DNA of 51,390 bases, from NCBI RefSeq assembly GCF_049798375.1, contig NZ_JBARGP010000694.1, positions 1 through 51,390 on the forward strand, in the 5' to 3' direction. Position numbers and translations under genes: made by a program. A model generated the notes under the pieces. It had not been told where the DNA came from. It saw nothing but the letters and a program-made list of their open reading frames with translations, and ran no database searches. Each line of letters begins with the position of its first letter. Position 1 is the first letter of the stretch. Below, piece after piece: positions 24,337 through 33,983 of the stretch. This DNA is from Bradyrhizobium sp. (GTDB lineage Bacteria > Pseudomonadota > Alphaproteobacteria > Rhizobiales > Xanthobacteraceae).

Positions 24337-25272
24337 ATGGCCCCCCGCGCGAACTGGAAAGGCTTCCTGCGCCTTTCGCTCGTCACCTGTCCCATCGCGC
24401 TATACCCCGCCACCTCTGAGTCCGAGAAGATCTCGTTCAACCAGCTCAACCGGAAGACTGGCCATCGAATCAAATATTCCAAGGTCGACGCCGACACCGG
24501 CCAGGAGGTCGCCAACGAGGACATCGTCAAGGGCTACAAGGTGGACACCGACACCTTCATCGAGGTGACCAAGGAGGAGCTGGAGAACGTCGCGCTGGAA
24601 TCGACCCGGACTATCGAAATCGACGAGTTCGTCGACCGCACCGAGATCGATCCCCGGTATCTGATCCGGCCGTATTATCTGCGTCCGGATGGCCAGGTCG
24701 GCCACGACGCTTTCGCGGTCATTCGCGAGACCATCCGCGAGATGGAAAAAGTCGCGATCGGTCGTCTGGTGCTGACCAGCCGCGAGCACATCATCGCGCT
24801 GGAGGCCATGGACAAGGGGCTGATCGGCACCCTGCTGCGCTACCCCTATGAAGTTCGCGACCCGGCCGAATATTTCGACGACATTCAGGACGTCAAGATC
24901 ACCGAGGACATGCTCGATCTCGCCCGCCACATCGTCGAGCAGAAGTCTGGCTCGTTCCAGCCCGGCAAGTTCGAGGACCACTACGAGACCGCGCTGGTCG
25001 AGCTCATCAACCAGAAGCGCGCCGGCAAGACGATCCAGCCCAAAGAGAGGCCTCGCGGCGAGAACGTCGTCGATCTGATGGAAGCGCTGCGACGCAGCGT
25101 CGGTGGCGCTGATCGCGAGCAAGCGGCCCCTGCTGCAAAGAAGCCCGCCAAGAAGGGAAAGAAAACGGCAGCCGGCCAGAAGGAGATGCTGATGCCGATC
25201 GCTGGGAAGAAGACAGCCAAGGAGGCCGCTGCGAAGAAGGCGCCGGCGAGGTCGCAAAGGAAGTCGGCGTGA
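24337..25272 (+). CDS. ku: NHEJ Ku protein (copy 2)
   Basis: Highly similar to copy 1 over its whole length. Confidence 0.96.
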   Translation: MAPRANWKGFLRLSLVTCPIALYPATSESEKISFNQLNRKTGHRIKYSKVDADTGQEVANEDIVKGYKVDTDTFIEVTKEELENVALESTRTIEIDEFVDRTEIDPRYLIRPYYLRPDGQVGHDAFAVIRETIREMEKVAIGRLVLTSREHIIALEAMDKGLIGTLLRYPYEVRDPAEYFDDIQDVKITEDMLDLARHIVEQKSGSFQPGKFEDHYETALVELINQKRAGKTIQPKERPRGENVVDLMEALRRSVGGADREQAAPAAKKPAKKGKKTAAGQKEMLMPIAGKKTAKEAAAKKAPARSQRKSA

Positions 25273-25361
25273 GGAGGTGCTCGCATGGGTCCGCTTAAGG
25301 TCTGCCAGGCGCCCTTGAGGCTTGGGCTGAGAGGCGGCTCTCTTTGAGAGCTCTGCTTGAT

Positions 25362-26405
25362 TTAAGAGGGCGGCGTCGCCCGGGATCGCTTGTGGTAATG
25401 CGCGACCAAGGTTTCCATGGCGCCGGAATAATGTGCTCTGAGGTCTTCAGCGTCCGCGGGACCGAGCCCTACTGTCCGCCAGTCTTGCTGTTCGAACTCC
25501 CGTTGGTTGACAGAAAATTCGCTGCTGCGGTCGGCTTGGCCGTCCAGATCGTAGACATAAATGTGCTCAATGAGGTCACTTGGGCCGCCAGCGGCGGCAA
25601 ATAATCCGCCAATGCGCAGGACTCCCATGACCTCGACGTACGCGATCATCTCGCCAGTCCGAGGAACCGAACGGACGACGATTTTGTGGCCGAGCGCGAT
25701 GTTCGGTCCGTCTAGTCCGGGTAGACCGTCGATCAGATATCGGAACGTGCCACCGCGCACCTGCATGTCTGCAACACATTTCAACAGCCGGTCCCAGTCC
25801 ATGAAAGCCCGCCCGGTGGTGTGAATGAGGTATATCCATATCGCGGTAATCACTCCGCCAAATGTCGCCTGCGGACTGAAGTCAAGATTGAGCTTGAGAA
25901 GGTCGCCGTCGTTCACGCCAACGACCTGTGCCGCTTTTCTCGCTGCTTCGATGTCCAGCTGCGGGAAATCCTTTTTGGCGCGGTTTAACAACTGGCCGAA
26001 CGTCTTCATATTTCCAGCCGCGATCCGCACCTCGTGTCCGTCGTCAACAGTCGTGACGTCATAGGTCACATCGGCGGATGTGATCCTTCCGTCTGCTTCG
26101 ACTCGAACCCGGCGCCCGTCGCGAGTTTCGACGAGCTTCGGTGGATGTTTGCCCTCGTCGCGGGGCAGATTGAGCAGGGTCGGCCAGTCGCCGAATGCTT
26201 TGACGAGGGCGTTGTCGGCTACTCGATCGAGGGCCGTGTTGCAGACGCGGCAGATGATGCCTTTCGGCTTCAGTCGTCCTCCCAGGGCGTTCGGAAAAAC
26301 GTGTGCCGCGGAATCATTTTCTGGCGTGAGCGGCTCCATGCAGCCGCGGCATTTCGCCAGTTTGGCCGCGGCCGCGCGTCTTTTCGCCTCACCCATTCCT
26401 TGCAT
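25362..26405 (-). CDS. HNH endonuclease-domain protein with uncharacterised C-terminus
   Basis: CRGC...AHVFPNALGG...ICRVCN, a Zn-finger HNH signature. Confidence 0.8.
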   Translation of the reverse strand: MQGMGEAKRRAAAAKLAKCRGCMEPLTPENDSAAHVFPNALGGRLKPKGIICRVCNTALDRVADNALVKAFGDWPTLLNLPRDEGKHPPKLVETRDGRRVRVEADGRITSADVTYDVTTVDDGHEVRIAAGNMKTFGQLLNRAKKDFPQLDIEAARKAAQVVGVNDGDLLKLNLDFSPQATFGGVITAIWIYLIHTTGRAFMDWDRLLKCVADMQVRGGTFRYLIDGLPGLDGPNIALGHKIVVRSVPRTGEMIAYVEVMGVLRIGGLFAAAGGPSDLIEHIYVYDLDGQADRSSEFSVNQREFEQQDWRTVGLGPADAEDLRAHYSGAMETLVAHYHKRSRATPPS

Positions 26406-26559
26406 TCCTCGATAAACTGTTCGTCGCCTATCTCAATCAGGACTGTTGCCCATTGCCGCAAGTCGCCTCAATAAACAAGAACCTCGGTCGATCTGATCGA
26501 TAGGGCTGGTTGAATGCTTCGCGCTCACATGCGCCGACAAACTTTGGACCCTGGGCAGC

Positions 26560-26829
26560 CTAGCCAATCTTCGGCGGACACTCCGGACATGTATCCCCAA
26601 TCGAATCCAAGACCTCGCGGACTTCCGCGACGGCGTCGTCCGGAGAGACGCCCGCCGGCGGGTCTTCCCTGGCAAGATCCAAGACATGCTCGCGTGCGTG
26701 CGGATCGGCGCGGTCTCTGGCCCAGCCGTGCTCCTCGCATTCATGGATGGCGCCGGCTTCCTGCAGCACGTTGATCGCCCAGCCTCGCAGCGTCCGGATC
26801 GCCGGTCGCCTTTCCTTCGTCATCAGCAT
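26560..26829 (-). CDS. Small Cys/His hypothetical protein, copy 2
   Basis: Paralog of 22179-22436. Confidence 0.75.
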   Translation of the reverse strand: MLMTKERRPAIRTLRGWAINVLQEAGAIHECEEHGWARDRADPHAREHVLDLAREDPPAGVSPDDAVAEVREVLDSIGDTCPECPPKIG

Positions 26830-26957
26830 CGAGGTCACTCCTGACTGGACGAATCCTTCCGCCCGCCTGCTCGTTCCGGGCGGTTAGCACGGGTCAGGGA
26901 TTCGCAATCGGCAGAGCTGAATCTTGTCCACCTGTTCCGCAGCGACTGTGCAGAACG

Positions 26958-27679
26958 TTACGTCGCCGGCGCGGGATCTTCCTTCACACCCCGGGCGACG
27001 ATCCGGACCGCCCCGTCGGGGAGGGGGCGCTGCAGCTTCAGGGCTTCCTCGGCAGGCGCCGTCATCAGGCTTCGACCTCGTCGGAGGTCGTGAGGATCAC
27101 AGGCATCGCCTTCGGGTGGATGGCGCCGACCTCGGCATTCGCGTCCGTCGTCAGGAAAGCGTAGAGGTCGTTGGTGGTTTCGCCCTCCTTGACCTTCCTC
27201 ACCGACGTCCAGTTGGTCCAGATGCCGGCGAAGCACGCGAGCGGCCGGCTTTCGTCGAGCGCGAACCAGATGTCGCCGCCTTCGGCCCTATTGAACTCGC
27301 TGAACGAGTTGAAGGCCACCACGCAGCGATTCTCGACGCCGAGCCAGCGCGTCCAGTGTTTCGATTTCACGTTGCGGATGTTGGTCGTGCCGCTGTCCGG
27401 CTCCTTCCGCAGCAATTCCTTGAAATCGACTGGCTTGCCTTTGGCTTCGAGCTTAGCCGCACGCTTTTTGGTCGCCTCCATCAGCGCATGTTGCGACGAT
27501 GGCATGCCCCAGCGAGCAGTCACGAGCTCCCGGCCATCGGCGCCGTTCCGGACGATGGGCGCCTTGTAGTCAGGAAAGACCCCGGGCATCGGCGGCAGGT
27601 TGCCGACGTACCGGTTGACGACACGGAACAGCTCGCTCATGGCGGCTTGGTTGGTGGTGATCGAATAGAGATTGCACAA
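26958..27679 (-). pseudogene. SRAP peptidase copy 2 (TTG start; 1-bp frameshift at ~27066)
   Basis: CNLYSITTN...EVEA*; restoring one G gives EVEAWMTAPAEEALKLQRPLPDG, matching copy 1. Confidence 0.88.
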
Positions 27680-27682
27680 AGG

Positions 27683-28129
27683 TCAGGTCTCCGGATCCCG
27701 ATGCCGGGCCCGCTGGCCCAGCTGCAGCAGGGTGGCAGCCGTACGCTTGCCAGCTTTGGCACACTTCCGGCACCGCAATCGGCCGGCAAGGTCGTGCACG
27801 AACGTCGTTGACGGATGGGTGAGCACCGCGAGGTCGACGTCACGAGCGGCCTGGCAGCGCGAGCATTCGATCTGCAGCCAATTGTAGCCGCCGTTGACGG
27901 CCTGGTCGACAGTCGGTGACGGGTCGATCGGCTCGCCGTCAGCCCACATGCGCTCGTTCCATGACTCGCACAGAAGCCGGTCGGCCTGCTTGATGAGAGC
28001 CTCGCCCTTAGTTCGCGCCTCGGCCTGCGCGGCGAGGATGCTGGTCATCGCGCGTGCCTTGCCGAGCTCCTTCTTCAGAGCTTTGCGGTCGCCTCCCGAA
28101 AGCGGCGTCTGATGGTGCTTGGGCGCCAT
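27683..28129 (-). CDS. Hypothetical Zn-ribbon protein, copy 2
   Basis: MAPKHHQTPLSGGDRKAL...CSRC...CRKC. Confidence 0.75.
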   Translation of the reverse strand: MAPKHHQTPLSGGDRKALKKELGKARAMTSILAAQAEARTKGEALIKQADRLLCESWNERMWADGEPIDPSPTVDQAVNGGYNWLQIECSRCQAARDVDLAVLTHPSTTFVHDLAGRLRCRKCAKAGKRTAATLLQLGQRARHRDPET

Positions 28130-28137
28130 AGGGCCTG

Positions 28138-28240
28138 TCACGGCGCGTCGTAAGACGGCCAGCAGCCGTCTTCCTCGTGGCGGCCGGTCCGCTGCGTGCA
28201 GGTGTTGTCCAACAGCCGCTGGCCGACGTCCCTCCAGACT
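28138..28240 (-). pseudogene. 3' remnant of the paralog of 23777-24184
   Basis: WRDVGQRLLDNTCTQRTGRHEEDGCWPS; homology stops at ~28240. Confidence 0.75.
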
Positions 28241-28331
28241 GAGAAACAAATCCTTGGAGAACGAATCCTTCGAAAAACGAATCCTTGGAAATCGAATCCT
28301 TGAGAAAACGAGTCCTTGGAAACGGGTCCTT
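28241..28331. repeat. Six degenerate tandem 14-16 bp units, consensus GGAAAACGAATCCTT
   Basis: gagaaacaaatcctt/ggagaacgaatcctt/cgaaaaacgaatcctt/ggaaatcgaatcctt/gagaaaacgagtcctt/ggaaacgggtcctt. Confidence 0.85.
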
Positions 28332-28563
28332 GAATTTCTTCTTTTCGGAATTTCTCCACGGCGACGCCGCCCGGGCCGGTCCGGCGGCCGGGCGCGCCGC
28401 CCGCCCCGATGCGGCTCGCATCGCAGCTGCGTTGGTAACTTTTCTCCCGCCGGCGCGGACCAGATGGCCGGAACAGGACGTGGTCCGTCCACACATCGAT
28501 GGCCAGGCGGTTAAGCTCATCGATGTCCTGTTCGCCATCCAACGCGAGATGGCGGCATTACTG

Positions 28564-31500
28564 CTAGGCGGCCGGCGCATTGTCCCGCGCGATCTCGCCG
28601 ATGGTTTCCGCGGCCCCTTTCCCGACGCACCTTTCGAGGATGTCCGGACCCAGCGAGAGGACCGCGTCGAGCGTCCGCGCGCCCGCCGCATGAAGAGCGA
28701 GATACTGTCCGCGCGTCAAAGCCGCCGGCAATACCGTCAGGTTCAGCGCGGAGGCGGGTAACCCGAATTCGATGCGGCGCAACAGGTCGTCGAACGTCAG
28801 CAGTAAGGCCGGCTGATCGGGGAACAGCGCGGATAGGATGCGGTGAGCGGACCGAAGATGAAAGCGGGTCCCGTCGGTTATCCGCACGATGTCGCCGTAG
28901 CTGACGACCCCCTGGCGTAGATTCGTCGTGTAGCGTCGCTCGATCTCGTCGGCAGGGACTCCCTCGATCCAATCGAATAGGATGATCGCGCGCTTGCAGC
29001 GCGCCCAGAACTCGACCTCGCCGTCGCAGTAGCGTTGCAGAAACTGCACCATCTCGCCGCCGTAACGCTGGCCGACTTCGCTGGCGCGGACGGACTCGGC
29101 GCGCCCTTTCTTCATCACGGGCGTGTAAATCGCGTCCATCTCGGCGAGCACCTGAATGATGCCCAGCACCTTCACCTGATCGACCCGCGCGATGTCCAGC
29201 TGACGCATCAATTCGATCAGGCGCAGGCTCGACTCGAAGGTCAGGGAAGACGCTCCGCAGGCCTGTCCGAGCAGCGTCAGGCGGATCAAGTCGCCGTCGC
29301 GCTCGGCAAGACCGGCCAGCAGGAGGCGGTCGACGAGCGCGGCGATTTCGTCTTCGGTCTGGCGGATCCAATACGGATTTACCAGTGAAGCGGAGTAGCC
29401 GCCGAACGTGCTGGCGAGCAGCCCCGCGACTTCTGCGGCGCGCACCCCGCGGACCTGGCTGAGAAGCCGCAGTATCCAGGTCGGCAAATCCCGCTGCTTG
29501 AACGACGACGTCACGTCTTCCGGCGTGCCGAGCACGTACTTCCGGAACAGCTGCGCACGCTCGATCGGCGTGTCGGCCAGGATGATCGCCTTGCCGGTCT
29601 CGTTGAAGCCGAGGCGACCGGCGCGACCTGCCATGTTCTTGTATTCGGCGATGGTGAAGGGGCGGCCATCCTCGCCGACGAATTCGTTCTCCACCAGGAC
29701 GACCGTCGAGGCCGGGCTGTTGATTCCGGCGGCGAGCGTTGTGGTCGCGGCGAGAGCGTGGATCTGACCACCCTGAGCGCGGTATCCCCGCTCGACCGCC
29801 TCGCGCTCGGCGCGCAGCAGATTCGTGTTGTGGAAGGCAGTGCCGCCTTCCAGGCACCCGCGCAGATCCTGCGAGGCCGCCGTCAAATCCTGGGTCGGAA
29901 GGGCGCCCAGCACGGCGGTCGCGGGCGGCAATGCCAATTCCTTCGCCAGATAGCGCGCGCAACCCTGTGCGGGACCGCGCTTATTGCGGAACACGATGAT
30001 CTTCTCGCCGGCGGCGACAAGCTGCTTGGCGAGCGGGACGATGACATCCTGCGAACTCGGCTTGTCGCGGCGCTGCACGTTCCGGCCCGGCGGGATGAGG
30101 GATTCGGTCTTGCTCGTTCCGTCGACGTCGACGAACTGGAAGTCCCCGCGCCGGTCGAGCACGCCTTCGATCAGCGGCACGGGGCGGTCGCGCGAGGTGA
30201 GCAGCGGTAGCTCGAGCCAGCGGTCGAAGCCGTTGAGTTTGCCGATAACGGCGGACAGAACGACGAGTTGAGGATCAATGCCGCGCTGACGGGCGCGCAG
30301 CAGCATCGCGAAGATCAGTTCGACGGTGATGCCGCGCGCCGGATCCGTGATGAACTGTCCTTCGTCAGGCACGACGAGACCGAGCTGATTGAGCAGGCGC
30401 GGGAAGACAGCGCCAGATTCAGGAACATTTCGTATGTGAAGAAGCCGAGATCGTAGCGACCGCTCAGGACGGGGCCGACGCCGTCGGAAGCATCGCCGCT
30501 GCAGCGGACGACGCGCAAACCCGCGGGCGAATAGCGCGCGCCGAAATCCTCGAACTTCTCGTTCACCAGGCCCGGTACGGCAGCAGGAAGACAGCCTTCT
30601 TGCCGGCGCTGACCGCGCGGATCGCGGCGAGTTCGCCGATCAGGGTCTTGCCACTGCTGGTCGGCGCGAACGTGAGGAGCGACTTGCCGGCGAGCATGCC
30701 GAATTCGTTCACGGCCTTGATTTGCAGCGCGTTAAGGCCATCGGGGAAGACCCCGCTCCATCCATCGACGATCTCCTGCGGCATACCGACGCCGGCGAGC
30801 TCAGCGAAGGAGCCGGTGATGCGGTGGACCGGCACGGGCGGGAAAGCGGCGGCATAGTTGGCGCCGCGCACCAGCGCTGGGAAGACCAGGCCGCCCTGGA
30901 CGTTGCCGAGGAACGCGGGCGTCTGCGTCACGCCGATGCGGGTCGCCTCGACTCGCGTCAGGCGGATGATCTCGTCGGCGACCGCGGGGAAGCTGACGGG
31001 CGCGCCGACGCTTCCACTCATCGCCTCGATGGTCGCGTAGGTCAGCAGGCCGTGACCGGTGCCGGGCTGCTCCCACGCGGCTTCGGCCGGCGCGCAGGCC
31101 GCGAGCAGGATGCGCCCCTCGCCGAAGATGCCGGTCAGCGCGAAGGCGCTGCGCGGGGTGGCCGAGGTCTCGATCACGCGGGCCGGCGCGTGACCGCTGA
31201 AGCAGCAGTCCAGGATGCACAGAACCACCCTGGCCTTCGTCGTCCGGAACGCCTCGGCCAATACCGTCATCGACAGCGCCGAGCCGGCGAGGTCGGTGGG
31301 CTCAGTGTCGTACAGGACCAAGCTGCCGTCTGGAGAGCCGTGGCCGGCGAAGCTCACGACCGCGATGTCGTCGGCGCCCGCGTCGTTCAGGGTGCCGACG
31401 ACCGCATCCCTCACCGCCGCCAGCGTGGCCTGGTCGTCGACGAGCAGCCGCGAGGCGAGCCCCGGGACCGAGTCCGAGAACAATGCCCACAGCGCGGTCG

Positions 31501-31582
31501 CGTCGCGCTTCGCACCGCCGAGCTCCGGTACGTCCGGCGATCGATGACGGTCGATGCCGACGAATACCGCCTTCATGGTCAT
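28564..31582 (-). CDS. Caspase-like (peptidase C14) protease fused to a Ski2/Hel308-like SF2 helicase, ~1006 aa; split by two 1-bp deletions (~30570, ~30402)
   Basis: Caspase part: AVFVGID, FAGHG and ILDCC dyad. Helicase part: LNALQ, APTSSGKT, PYRA(L), TYE, DEGQ, LSA, IVFRN, AFHN, ATTTLAAGINSPA, MAGRAGR. Protease and Walker A lie in one unbroken frame. Confidence 0.85.
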
Positions 31583-31605
31583 CGGCCTGTCCTTTCGTTC
31601 CTCGG

Positions 31606-33183
31606 TCAGCCGCCGACCGCTTGGGGTGCGGCAGGTCGAACGGGCTCGTGTTCGGGCGTGGCGCTCTCGTAGTATCGCTTGAAATCGACGTGCTGGGCGA
31701 GCGCTTCCGGCCGGTAGGGTGCCGTTCCTGCCGCGCACTGTACGACCGCGGGCAGGTCGAAGCGTCGTGCGACGCTCGGATGGACCTTTGCCTCCGTGCC
31801 CACGTCGCGGATCTTGATCTCCCAGTTCTGACGGCCGAGCAGACGGCGCAGCCACCCCCACTTCGGCAGCGAGTCGGCCATGGCGTCGATGGTATCGCGC
31901 ATGCCGGCTATCTCGCAGTGCTGCACGCCGCCGGCGTCCGGACGGATGTTTAGCGCCTGGCCAGCGTCGCCCGTTCCTTCCAGCTTCGTCCCGTCCACGA
32001 AGATGGGGCCTGTGAGCAGGCCGTCAGGAATGGAGATCGCTTCGCGGCACATCCATTCCAGCGCGATGTCGGATAGGCGGGACTCGGGCTCCGGATAAGA
32101 GCCGCCGACATCGGAATGGTTGCCGGCGAACCACCACTGGCGAAGCCGCTCGTGCCCGGGGAACACCGGCGCGCCCTCGTTGCCGCCGCCCCACCCGACG
32201 CGGTCGAAATCCTTACGCCGTTCGTCGATCGCGTTGGCGGAGCGGGCGAACGCGACGTGGCGGCTGAGGAGCCGGTCAAAGTTCGTGCCCTTCCATTCGG
32301 CCTTGTGCGAGCGGGATTCTCCAGGCTTCGGGTAGTCGACGATCGTCTTGGTCGTGGACTTGTTCTGCCAGTACCAGAACGCGCCGAGCGCGCCGGCGAC
32401 GATGCCGATCTGCGCGAGGAAACCCGATAGCATGAAGCCGGCGCCTAGCCACGAGCACAGCAGCGCGATCCCGACGGCGGGAAGGAAGCCGGCGGCGAAC
32501 GCTGCGGTGGCGACGCCGGTGGCCAGGCCTGCCTGGATGACGAAGTAGCGCAGGCCGCTGGCGCCGAGGGCCGCCACGGTGTCGAAGACCCCGATGAAGT
32601 AGGGCGCGACGCTGGAGTCGCTGCCGTCTCCGGATCCGTACTTGACCTGGAAACGACGCGCCAGTTCGAGGCGCTCGGCCTCGAACTCCTCGCGCGGATG
32701 GCCGGCGCCGTGTTCGAGTACCGTGTCGACCGCCTCCCAGGCGACGTCCTTAACCTGCTTGCGGTAGCGCATCAACGGACCGTCCGGACCCTTTGTCGGC
32801 ACGCCGCAGAGCATCAGCAGGTTGGCCAGGCTGCGGACCGTATAGGCCCCGCGGCTGAATCCGAACAGCATGATCCGGTCACCGGGCTCGTAGTGGTTGA
32901 CGATGAACTCGTAGCAGTCGGCGATGTTGCGCTTGATGCCGGCGCCGGTGACGGACCCGAGCAGCTTCTGAACAAAGCGGACCGGCGCGGTCAGCGCGGT
33001 GGCGCCGAGGTCGGTGCCGAGGCCGGCGTCGTAGAATACGACCTGCCGCGCCGGATCGATGCCGGTCTCGGCGTGATCGCGCGAGATGCGGTACATCTTA
33101 TATATGTTGCTGATCCGCTGCTCCGGACGGGCACCGCCGTCCTGGCCGGTGCCGTCGGAGAAGACGACGATGTTTTTATGCAT
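31606..33183 (-). CDS. DUF2235 / Tle1-like alpha/beta-hydrolase phospholipase with an internal transmembrane hairpin
   Basis: KNIVVFSDGT, SNIYK, GFSRGAY (Ser), GVFDTV (Asp), WFAGNHSDVGG (His); a ~60-aa hydrophobic insert follows FDTV. Confidence 0.9.
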   Translation of the reverse strand: MHKNIVVFSDGTGQDGGARPEQRISNIYKMYRISRDHAETGIDPARQVVFYDAGLGTDLGATALTAPVRFVQKLLGSVTGAGIKRNIADCYEFIVNHYEPGDRIMLFGFSRGAYTVRSLANLLMLCGVPTKGPDGPLMRYRKQVKDVAWEAVDTVLEHGAGHPREEFEAERLELARRFQVKYGSGDGSDSSVAPYFIGVFDTVAALGASGLRYFVIQAGLATGVATAAFAAGFLPAVGIALLCSWLGAGFMLSGFLAQIGIVAGALGAFWYWQNKSTTKTIVDYPKPGESRSHKAEWKGTNFDRLLSRHVAFARSANAIDERRKDFDRVGWGGGNEGAPVFPGHERLRQWWFAGNHSDVGGSYPEPESRLSDIALEWMCREAISIPDGLLTGPIFVDGTKLEGTGDAGQALNIRPDAGGVQHCEIAGMRDTIDAMADSLPKWGWLRRLLGRQNWEIKIRDVGTEAKVHPSVARRFDLPAVVQCAAGTAPYRPEALAQHVDFKRYYESATPEHEPVRPAAPQAVGG

Positions 33184-33283
33184 TCCCAGACCCTCCAGTG
33201 AACGGCACGCAGACCTTCGATTCGGTAACGCTTTCTGCTACGCTCGATGGACCAGCCAACCTCGTTTTGATGCCGTCACGCAC

Positions 33284-33368
33284 GTATGCCACCGCGGTCG
33301 GCCGTTTCGGACTCGCAGGCGAAACATTTTCGTCTGCTTGTCCGAAAAGCCGATCGAGGCCGGCATAC
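33284..33368 (+). other. 85-nt nested imperfect hairpin in the divergent intergenic region
   Basis: Stacked stems gtatgcc/ggcatac, cggtcggc/gccgatcg, tttcggac/gtccgaaa, gcaggcgaaa/tttcgtctgc; loop cat. Confidence 0.85.
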
Positions 33369-33392
33369 AGGGGCAGCAGCCGCTGAGACCGA

Positions 33393-33983
33393 ATGAGCGA
33401 CACGGAAGCCGTGAGCGGTACCCGACCGCAGGATCCCGAGCATCTCGCTCCCGAGGAGGTGCTGAAGGCGCTCGAAGTCTTTTCTGCCGAGGACAAGTCG
33501 CGTCTCAAGTTGATCGAGCGAAGGCGCAGCTCTGGCACCGATTTCGGGGACGGCGAGCTCTACCGTGAAGCCCTCTGCCTCACTCTGCTCGGCAGGCGGA
33601 AGTGCCCGATCGACGTCCCCGTGATCGCCTTCCTCGCGAAGACGATGCAGAACCTCGCGTACCACCGTCGTGCGAAGCTTAAGCGCGAGCGAAAGAACGC
33701 GAAATCGAAGACGGAGGACATACACGATCTGCAGGTCCTCACCGACCAGCACAATCCGGAACTGTCGCTCATCGAACAGGAAGATGCCGACATCGTGTCC
33801 GCGATCTACGGATGCCTCGACGGCGACGAGGAGGCGCAGTTCGTCGTCGTGGCGCTCGCGGACGGAAAACGAGGAAAGGAATTGCGGGATGAGATCGGAG
33901 TCGATCAGGCGGCGTACGACTACGCCATGCGGCGGATCAAGAAGGCCGTGAAAAAGAAATTCCCAGAAGGGCTTCCATCATGA
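33393..33983 (+). CDS. Divergent ECF-like RNA polymerase sigma factor
   Basis: 196 aa; sigma2-like ELYREALCLTL...AFLAKTMQNLAYHRR and sigma4/HTH-like ADGKRGKELRDEIGV...YDYAMRRIKK. Confidence 0.6.
   Translation: MSDTEAVSGTRPQDPEHLAPEEVLKALEVFSAEDKSRLKLIERRRSSGTDFGDGELYREALCLTLLGRRKCPIDVPVIAFLAKTMQNLAYHRRAKLKRERKNAKSKTEDIHDLQVLTDQHNPELSLIEQEDADIVSAIYGCLDGDEEAQFVVVALADGKRGKELRDEIGVDQAAYDYAMRRIKKAVKKKFPEGLPS

Noticed and set aside
28241..28331. Possible CRISPR array
   Set aside because: Units are 14-16 bp, contiguous and without spacers; no cas genes are present.
28517..29962. 481-aa Arg-rich ORF overlapping the helicase
   Set aside because: Alternative-frame artefact of high GC content.
30315..31861. 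Caspase and helicase as separate genes
   Set aside because: Helicase motifs Q, I and Ia are in the caspase ORF, and both breaks fall inside the first RecA domain.
31606..33183. T6SS effector-immunity locus
   Set aside because: No vgrG, hcp, PAAR, adaptor or immunity gene is nearby.
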